Positions 49,197 to 58,334 of a DNA stretch of 58,334 bases are shown here, piece by piece. The position numbers and the translations under genes are program-made. Origin of the DNA: Aplysia californica. Lineage: Eukaryota. The stretch lies in the NCBI RefSeq assembly GCF_000002075.1, contig NW_004797951.1:280852-339185 (forward strand), in the 5' to 3' direction. How positions within the stretch are numbered: the stretch's first letter is position 1; each line of letters opens with the position of its first letter. Below the pieces are notes generated by a model, which made no database searches, had not been told where the DNA came from, and worked only from the letters and a program-made list of their open reading frames with translations.

Positions 49197-52100
49197 TCAG
49201 GACAAAGGGTCTCCGCCCTCCTCAACATACAGCTGCATCTGTGGAGAAAGCGGACACCGAGAGTTGGTGGCTTTTTTATGTTAAGACCTTCCCCTCCCCT
49301 CCCCACCGCCAATTACTTTTATTCTTTAGAACATCAATAAATAATCCTTTGACTCTGTTCGTACATCATGTTTTACTATGGTATCCATATGACGTGGGGA
49401 ACTCTGGGCCAGCACTTTCCACAGAGGAAATTTACTCGTTAATCCGATCCGTACACTTTGCACAGCAGTCTGTCAAGATGATTTTTTGAGAAATACTGAA
49501 AGTTTCAAAGAGATCTTTGAAAAAGAAATATTCTAAAATGTGAAAAATACAACTCAGGGGGTACAAAATGACCACAGGGCGTACGGATAGGGTTAATGTT
49601 TAGACCCTCACCTCCCCACCACCGGTTACTTTATTCTTTAGAGCATCAATAGATAATACTTTAAAAAATAACCCCCAAAAATACAACGATAAATTTTATA
49701 TAGATATAAGAGTGGGTGGGAGTGTAAAGGAGACCTATTTTGATTAGAATTTGATATTATGTTATAGACCTTTATTATATGTACTTCACAACCTTGAGGG
49801 ACAAGATTAAAATGATAGGCCCAACAACAGAAGTAAATCTAAAACTTATAACAAATTACTATTAGCATTAGACACGTTCTTCTCTCTCATCTTCATAGAC
49901 AATAACTCCATGTGCTCAAAAATTGATGACCGCCTGAATCCACATCGTTGCGACTCATACTCGTATGAACTTCTCTCAGTCTGATACTTAAGTGGTATGA
50001 GAATGTACTGGAGAAAAAGTTTGTAACAAAGAGCACACAAAAAAAAAAGGAAAAAAAAAAGAGAGTTTCCATTAAATCAATACAACTGGACACATGAGAA
50101 GACATAGAGAAATTCGGCTTGGAGGTGAACTTACATCAAATATATCCGTGGACACACTTTTCACCGGAATTATTTTAGCATTGGGAATTTTTTGTTGTTG
50201 CTCATCCGCTTCTGTCCAAGGGAAATCCTGTGAGAAGAGAAAAATAAAACGCTACACACCCATTCATTCCTTATTACACACACACATGGTAGGCCCGTCC
50301 GCACAAACCCTCACACATACATTCGCGCGCANNNNNNNNNNNNNNNNNNNNNNNNNNNNNNNNNNNNNNNNNNNNNNNNNNNNNNNNNNNNNNNNNNNNN
50401 NNNNNNNNNNNNNNNNNNNNNNNNNNNNNNNNNNNNNNNNNNNNNNNNNNNNNNNNNNNNNNNNNNNNNNNAGAGTGCAAAATTTGAACAAACAGCAAAT
50501 ACATCCACTAAATTTAAACGCAATATAACCAGCCATACACACAGATAAAATTGAAATATATATAAATACAGTAAAACCCAAAACTTCATGGGACAAGAAA
50601 ACGTAGTCATTCCATGCACATTTTACAGAAGGCAAAGTGCCAATGAAAAGAATAAAAAAGGGGAGGCTACTCCTTTCTTACTATTACAAGTGAACCTCTC
50701 TCTCTCTCTCTCTCTACTCTCTCTCTCTCTTCTGGCGCAGAGGCGTCATAAATGGTCAGCGATGCCGACAGCACAAAGGAACTCAACACTCGCCCGCGGG
50801 TCCTTAAAAAGTGTTGAAAATGGGTAACTGAAATGTCCCAGCAGACACAAATGAACCTGTTTTGATAGTTCTTTATATCTAATGAAAGAGCTCCAGATAA
50901 AAGAGACATGTTTTTGGTAACCCCCGAAAACTAATTTGATGCCAAACTCGTCGTAAAGGAATGTTACTGAGTGGCTGCCAGTGGCTCACGCCTGACAGCA
51001 TCTTGGAGTGACTTGCCGGAGATAAGGAGTTAAAGAACAACGTCTGCAACTACCAACCAGTGGCCATTATTTAACATTATGAACACTTTAATTTTCACCA
51101 ACCCACCATTTGGATCAGCTTCTCCTCAGCAGACGATAACGTGGAATCTTTTGTGTGGGCATGGATGGTCCATGTAGTAGCTGAAACAATATATATGAAA
51201 AATAAGTGAAGTCATTTGGGCAAATATCTTAAAATGAGAACATACATGTTGTTTGTTTGTTTTAGTAGAGGTTTTACGGCGCTCGCAACTGCATTAGGTA
51301 ATAGAACATACAAGTTGTTTAGTTTTAGCAAGTGTTTTACGGCACTTGCAACACAACAAGGTCATATAAGTGCCGAAGATTAGAGGTGTTACAAGAGAGT
51401 AACAAACACAAAAAAAGAAGGAGGAGAGATAAGGACGATAGATGTTCGATAGGAAAGAAGAAGCAAACCACACCAGAGCACCCTCCAACCACCCACAAAC
51501 ATACATGTTGAAATCTGGGATAGAATGTTATATCAACAAGAACAAACAGTATGAGAAGTTGGCAAAACTTGTAACAATAATGATATACACATTCTAAGTA
51601 ATCTAAGAGGTTGGCTAAACTCAGGGAAAAAAATCTTGTTCCAAAGATAACACATAAAGATTTGATAATACTATCATCATCATCATCATCATCCAGTGCC
51701 AGATCTGCAACAGACATTGGCGATCATGATTTTCCATTCATTCCTTTGCTCGGATGCTCTCAGAAAAGCTACGTTTCCCTGATTTTTCCCTGTTACCCAT
51801 TTGTTTAGGTTCCCTAAGTATGTTGTTCTGAGCCTACCCCTGCCTCGCTTGCCTTCAATTTTGCCAGTGAGAGCTAGATGTTCAAGACCCTTATGTCTAT
51901 TCAGGTGTCCCAAAAACTGCATTTGTCGTTTCCTGATTGTTTTTAACATTGAGCGTCCCACGTGGGCTTCATCAAGCACTACTTCATTTGATTTCTTTTC
52001 CTTCCACGATAAGATAATACTATCATCACTATAAAAACTATTTCAAGAGTAACATGTGGTAATTTAAAATGTTCTAGATGTTCAGCACTTCAGACAGCCA

Positions 52101-55100
52101 TAAATCCATCAGAATCTCACACATGTACCCCGTAAACACACATGTGTACATACTAGATTGGGAAAGTATTCGGTTTCAATGTTATGTGTCTTGAAATATT
52201 TTTCATTATAGTTGTTCTGTTCCTANNNNNNNNNNNNNNNNNNNNNNNNNNNNNNNNNNNNNNNNNNNNNNNNNNNNNNNNNNNNNNNNNNNNNNNNNNN
52301 NNNNNNNNNNNNNNNNNNNNNNNNNNNNNNNNNNNNNNNNNNNNNNNNNNNNNNNNNNNNNNNNNNNNNNNNNNNNNNNNNNNNNNNNNNNNNNNNNNNN
52401 NNNNNNNNNNNNNNNNNNNNNNNNNNNNNNNNNNNNNNNNNNNNNNNNNNNNNNNNNNNNNNNNNNNNNNNNNNNNNNNNNNNNNNNNNNNNNNNNNNNN
52501 NNNNNNNNNNNNNNNNNNNNNNNNNNNNNNNNNNNNNNNNNNNNNNNNNNNNNNNNNTAAGAAGAAAGGATTTTGAAAAATGGGTATTCCGATGTAAAGC
52601 GCATTGAGCTACTTTTTTGGAAATGCGCTAAATAAATGTTATATATTATTATTATTATTATCTCAACATAAAGAGTAGTCTACCCGTTTTGAAATATTTT
52701 TAGCATCTTTGAAAACCTTGTTTGACAGATTGAAGACAGGGATACAATTTGACTTTCCAAAACGATGCAAGCCCAAGACATTCTTTACTATACAAAAAAA
52801 AAAGATACCCTCAGTGGAAAAATAAAACTTAAGAAAGAAAATTTTAATTTACTGTACTTTGTTGAGTTTAATCATTCATTAAATACAGTTTTTACATAAT
52901 TATAAAACAATCAAATTCCTAGTTATGTAAAAAAAAAATCTTCTCACATACAACTTTATTACAACAACTGGACAAAAACCGTTGTTTAATGAATTGTGAC
53001 AGAAGCTTAATATTTGAAACATGAGCACAGCAATCTCTTCGACATAACAAATTATGAAAAAAAAAACATGTGAGGCATCCAGTTGAAATCAGGCGCACGT
53101 CAAAATAATGAAAACGAAAAATTTACATGTGGATCTTACAGAAAAGCGTTCATTTAAGGCACAAATAACATTTCTGAAACCAGGCGACCCATACCTCCTT
53201 CAATTGCAAATATCTTAACTTTTTTTCATGATTGATGTGTATTCTTTTAAAATCGCAAGCAAGGCAAATGAACAAGTTAAAATGACACCAATAATTTACG
53301 AGTGCCTGAATCCTCCGCGTCGCGAGACTCATATCAATACCCACCTGTAAGTTGTGGTAGCCATCTCCAGTTGGGGCTATGGCAACACATAATGAGTGAC
53401 TTGCTAAAATGACCTTCTAAGAGTGGAGAAACCTATTTGGTTTAACTTATTTACTCCTATGTATTTATTTATATATATATATGTAAAACAATTTCCTGTG
53501 TGTTTACTCTAAGACTAACAGCTAATTTCAAAACCCAAAATGCTGCACAGTTGGTTGTTATTACCAAACACAAAAGTGCCAGATGACACAATTGGCCAGG
53601 GTACCAAAAAAACAAAAAAATTTTAAAAATAAAAACCAAACCCACCTGTAGAGGACGTCATCAGCAAGCCATCGCTGACGTTCAGTTTCAAGAGGAAGCC
53701 ACGTAGCGCCTGCTCTACTCGGAATAGATGCGGGTCAGTCCTGGTGTGAGGAGACAGCAGAGTAGTAGTACAAATGACCAAGTCAGACGAACTATCTAAA
53801 TAAATTGTACACTTTCTTCGAAAAGAAACGAAGAACACAGGGGGGAAAACAACCACAATCACAAACGGAAAATCGTGGGGGTATCATCTTTGAATGCTTG
53901 TTGACTCATAATTGTATTTCTGTTCAACTGATGGTGGATTATTGTTTTTTGATTTCTCATTTAACAAACATAACACAATAAACCACCAGTTATATAAATA
54001 TGAAGTTATGAGTCCACAGGCTTTTAAAATTGGCACCCTCACAATTTCTAATTTGTGACTATGGCAGTTTTCCCCCTGTGGTGTTCAATCATCTTCACCT
54101 CATCTAGTTTGTTTCCAGGGAAATAACTTTCTTTCATTCTCCCATTTTTTCCTTCCAGGGAGACAACTTTCTTTCCTTTCCCCCATGTGATGCTTCTCTA
54201 CTCGACTCAGACAGACATCTCTCTGTTGGATAGGTGGCAGGTGCCCTTGTATGGGTAACTCTCTCTTTCCCATTAAACATTTATATAATCTTCAGCACAA
54301 ATATGACCTTTTTGTGTTGCAAGTGCCTTAAAATTAAAACTCTTACTTTAAATCAAAATTCAGACATCTCTACCCATTCTTGTGCTGTACAATACCCCAG
54401 GCTAACGAGAGCTTAAGTAGGCCTATGGGTAAAAAAAAATTAATATTGACATTGCTTCCCCCCCCCCCTCTCCACACATGCAAGTCAAGGCTGGGCATGT
54501 TTCGCATGGGAAGATTAAAAAACCAAGAACTCTGTGTGTAGACTGCATCCCTGAAATTTCTAAGAAACCTCAGTATCGTAATATAACAGCCCCTCCCCCC
54601 CCCCCCTCCCCTTTCTCTGTTTTTTTCCCCTAGGACATAGATAAATATATTTCTAAAAGATAATAAGGATTGAACAAAACTTTCTCAAGATTGTAGGTTT
54701 TAATTTACTACTTGGTCTTAAAAATATTTCTGAAGAACCACATTACCCCATAAGTAACAGGTTAAAGTGTGTGTGTCAGACCATGAAACAACAATTTCTT
54801 AAAAAATATCTGTCTGTACAGCCTCAGACATATATATACACCAAAGGCTGAACAAATATTCATTTGACTTACTCTCTCCACTTTTCTTTCAAATCGCTCA
54901 CTTCAAAGACAAATTTTTCCACAGGTAAGCCAGTGTCTTCCTGAAGAATCACCACAGCAACTTTCTCGACTTTTCCCTCAGCGAGAAGTAGTTTCAGGCT
55001 CTGGATGATGTGGCCCACGTACGCACAAACATCTGGATGCAAACACATCTAGGAAAAGAAAATGAAGCCATTAAGATTTCAATCCCTTCAAACGAGATTC

Positions 55101-55264
55101 ATGGCTCACCAGCTAGAAGTGCAACTCCACTGTAGTCGAAAATATATATATAGACAAACAAATGAGTTCATATATACTCAAGTGAACACACACATATTCA
55201 AACCTTTCAAACCTTGCAAAACAGTAAAACATCATATAGAATAGTCAAAAAATGAATATCTATG

Positions 55265-55313
<49 letters not shown>

Positions 55314-57627
55314 ATTGATTATTTACCATTAACAGTTATGATTTATGATGTTCTGTTCATATTTTCTTTCTTTTCCCTTTCACTTTTACTTTAAAATGGA
55401 CTGCTTAAATTTGGGCTACTTCATCCAAAAGCTACTGTCATATATAGAAAACAAAGTACTAGAAGCTGATTCATTACACCATACTGTCTTTCTTTGACCC
55501 TCCTCACAGAGGGATATGGTTTTAAAAGAACTAGTTACAAAGAAAAGAGGAAGAAATGAACTGACACAAGATGAAGCTCTCATCCATGATTTCCTGAGAA
55601 GAGTTGAAGTATAGACAGCTTCACTTTAAAGGAGATTGAAGTGCTAGCACACACAGATGCCTGTCAATAACATGTTACTCTGATCCATCAGTAGAGAAAC
55701 CTTAGAGTTCTGCTTAGTAGCCAAATTCTAGACTTGAAAACCAGGAAATGTGAGTGAGAGAAACAGGTTTTTAAACTCACTTGGACAGGAACATTATACT
55801 TGATCTTTTTCTCAAATACTCCTTGAGGATACAAATTCCGGTTGTAAAGGATGCAATGAATTGCAACTTCAAGGAATTCCACAATGATGTCCACATTCAG
55901 CTTTTCTGAAAATGCAAGATAAAACATTACGTGTATCTTAGAGACATAAATATGTTGATAATGATCAACACTGGGAGGAGGTCCAATATAACAGCAATAA
56001 TTATATAATATAGATATAAAACATAAAAACAGAACCGTACAATATACTTTCTTACTGTACAAACAGAAAATAAAAAAACAAAAGGAATTCATATAAAAGG
56101 AAACTGAAAGTTCAAATCTGAGTGGGGTCTACATTTTTCTTTGGCTTCCTGGATTATTGCCACTCTATGCTGTGATAAAACTATTTAACTCTTTATCTCC
56201 GGCAAGCCGCTCCCAGCGGCTCGTGGTCAGAACCACTGTGCTGGTGAGCCGCTGACAGCGGCTCGAGTGAATTCCTTTACTACAACTTTGACATCAAATT
56301 ACTTTTCGGCAATTACTGAAAACAAATCTAATAGATATGAAGAATTATCGAAGTAGGTTCACTTTTTAAAATTCAATGACCAGTTTAGAGGCATATATGT
56401 CAATTTTAGATTTTGTACCAAAACAGGGCCCCAGCATAGTGGGTTACCCCCAACCTCCCCGAGATACAGGGTTAAAGTGGAGTCCATGTATACCGAAATC
56501 TGCAGAACCGCCAGAACAGGTTTTCAGTTTACAGACAAAAATCAAACTGTCTCCTGAAAGACAAGGATATATATATTCTGCACTTTGATGTACTGTGGTC
56601 TCCACTTAAGATTTCAGTGCTCAGGACAGGAGCTAGGAAAAAGCAATGTGGTCTGACAACTTAATGCTTACATTATGGGCGAGTGCAAAAGACTAGAGAG
56701 GTTAGCCAGTGGGGAACCAGTGAACTCATCATGCACAAGGTGAAGTCGACACAGCTGAAAAACATGTGGCGAGATCTCCGAAACAAAAGTATCCAATAAT
56801 AGCGAACTCGTCACACTACCTCCATCAATCAACTTATACCATTTTAAATTTGTTTTATGGCATAGGCTACAGTAAGGGCATGCACATTTTAAAGAGGTTT
56901 TATATATTGCACCCAAAAATGTGTCTGTTTTCTCTTTAAAAAGTTGAAACAGAAAGGCTGACATGTGGAGATTTTGATTGAATATAACTCTAGTTTTATA
57001 TTCTAAAAATAGTAATCTTAATCAAAGGTTGACATATATATATATGTGGGTTTTCCTGCCAATCCACGGTGAACTCGCCACACGTTTTTCACAAGTTGGA
57101 GTATGTGACGAGATAATTTTGACGAGATCACTGGAGGCATGTGACGTCTTTACCGTGAGACGAGTTCACTGGAAGTTGAGTGGAAGCCAACCTGTTAGAC
57201 CAACTATCACAGGTCTGTTCTTCTGATCAGGCATGCCATTTACAATAATCCATATGCGAGTCTCAAGATTTAAGTCAAAATTAAGTTGATCCCTTTTCTC
57301 CTCCCCTTCGCCGGCCCCCTCCCTACTCTTTATAATCTTCAGTCTACACATTCCGGATTCTTGGTTCCCACAGAGCACGCATACAGGGGAAAAGATTAAA
57401 AGTACTAGCGTACATACAGGTAGGCTACTGAAAACTGTTTACTGAAAAGCAGTAAAAGTAAAACTGTGAAAGAGTCAGGGGTAGACAGCAAGACGATAGA
57501 CCGATGCCGACAGTCGACAGTGCGAACAAGGAGGAGTGTTGGAGTTTGAAGAATGACCAGAGCCAGCAGAGCAACAACACCACTGTCAGTCGATGTCAGT
57601 AACAATACCTTCAGAATGTCCACTCAT
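49197..57627 (-). CDS. MAD2L2: Mitotic arrest deficient 2-like 2 / REV7 (HORMA domain), 207 aa
   Basis: Exons 57627-57609, 55905-55781 ([37 protein letters not shown]), 55048-54873 (MCLHPDV..Y...PVEKFVFE), 53740-53646 ([16 protein letters not shown]), 51180-51107, 50227-50135 (DFPW..AD...IIPVKS) and 49238-49197 (MQLYVEE...stop). 624 nt with consistent phases; the 19-nt first exon is the least certain. Confidence 0.95.
49353..49592. mobile_element. piggyBac-like MITE (same family as 23683)
   Basis: Collinear homology (gaggaaatttactcgttaatcc...gatttttgagaaatactgaaagttt); right end ggcgtacggataggg|TTAA. Confidence 0.85.
51252..51497 (-). mobile_element. Family B copy plus an adjacent tail-only insertion
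   Basis: Two tails in tandem; target aacataca[t/a]gttg present three times (51239, 51305, 51498). Confidence 0.85.
51680..52012 (-). mobile_element. 5'-truncated RTE-type LINE 3' end
   Basis: Translates [35 protein letters not shown]; (gat)n tail; 16-bp TSD gataatactatcatca (51664 / 52013). Confidence 0.88.
54225..54335 (+). mobile_element. Degenerate, internally deleted family B copy
   Basis: ggtggcaggtgcccttgtatgggt...cacaaatatgacctt..gtgttgcaagtgccttaaaa. Confidence 0.55.
56189..56471. mobile_element. piggyBac-like MITE, followed by a small TTAA-flanked inverted-repeat element (56476-56606)
   Basis: TTAA|ctctttatctccgg ... cccgagatacaggg|TTAA; internal inverted repeat gccgctcccagcggctc / gagccgctgacagcggc. 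Confidence 0.7.
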
Positions 57628-58334
57628 TGTTCTTTTTCAGCATAATTCTTGGATTCACGATTGATAATGCGAATAGTTCCCAGAAACATTATAACCCCTA
57701 ATAGTGTCTTCCTCCCCCGTTTTGGTCTCGATTTTATTCTAAAAAGCAGACAAGCAAAACAGACAACAAACACAGGAACGAAAGAACCGGTCTGCCAGAC
57801 TTTAAACGGGTGTCAGGTAATACTGAAATTGTATTTGCTCAATAATTAAATTAATTATGCTTTTATTAAGCATTTCTTTCTCATGGGTAGTTTCGAAAAG
57901 AAGATAGTGCGAACTTAGATTCTGGAGAAAGAGTAGTATAAAGTTTCATTTAATGATTGACCTACACATTATTGTTTTGTTTCCCTGTTGTACTTGTTGT
58001 GATTGATATCCTTGCTGGCATTTTGCGTCTGAAGTTTTGAGGTGTGTTGTAACTTTCAGCAGTTTTAAAACAAAACCTAGCAATTCTCGGATTTTTACAT
58101 ATTCGCAGCCATTGTTAACTAATATAATTTGTGACATCAAATAAAATCACCTTGAGGAAGTTCATTTATTGGTCAAACGCTGTGCCAATGTTTCGAAAGC
58201 CTGCCAGTTTATGTTTATAACAAATTCGTGGGAAATTAAGGAGTGCGATCGGACCCTGTGCAGACAAGACCTCGCCTATAATGGCCTTTATCCTACGGTC
58301 CTTGTAGTGAAACAATTTTCAGAATGCTTCCCCC

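Overview
Intron-rich animal genomic DNA (AT-rich, microsatellite-rich, six N gaps; a lophotrochozoan such as a mollusc is my guess from protein style and repeats, not proven). Four spliced genes were reconstructed by hand from GT-AG sites with consistent phases. (1) The 5' part of a JIP3/JIP4 (MAPK8IP3/SPAG9, Sunday driver) gene on the minus strand. (2) Head-to-head with it, 207 bp away, an 18-exon, 663-aa gene for a full-length AtuA-family (acyclic terpene utilisation, DUF1446) protein with a mitochondrial-presequence-like N-terminus. (3) A 918-aa gene with two coding exons that appears to be a double transposon domestication: a Mutator/FAR1/ZSWIM3-type DNA-binding domain fused to DIRS-retrotransposon Gag parts (C2HC2HC2 zinc finger plus LAP2alpha-like helical domain), with no transposase, RT or recombinase catalytic domain. 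(4) MAD2L2/REV7 on the minus strand (7 coding exons, 207 aa). Introns hold tRNA-SINEs, RTE-type LINE 3' fragments, piggyBac-like and other MITEs, and non-tRNA retroposons sharing one 3' stem-loop tail that mostly sit next to exons with the tail facing the exon. The best candidate for an undescribed system is the MULE-DIRS chimeric gene; second is the mitochondrial AtuA. Domain assignments are from recalled family motifs, not database searches.
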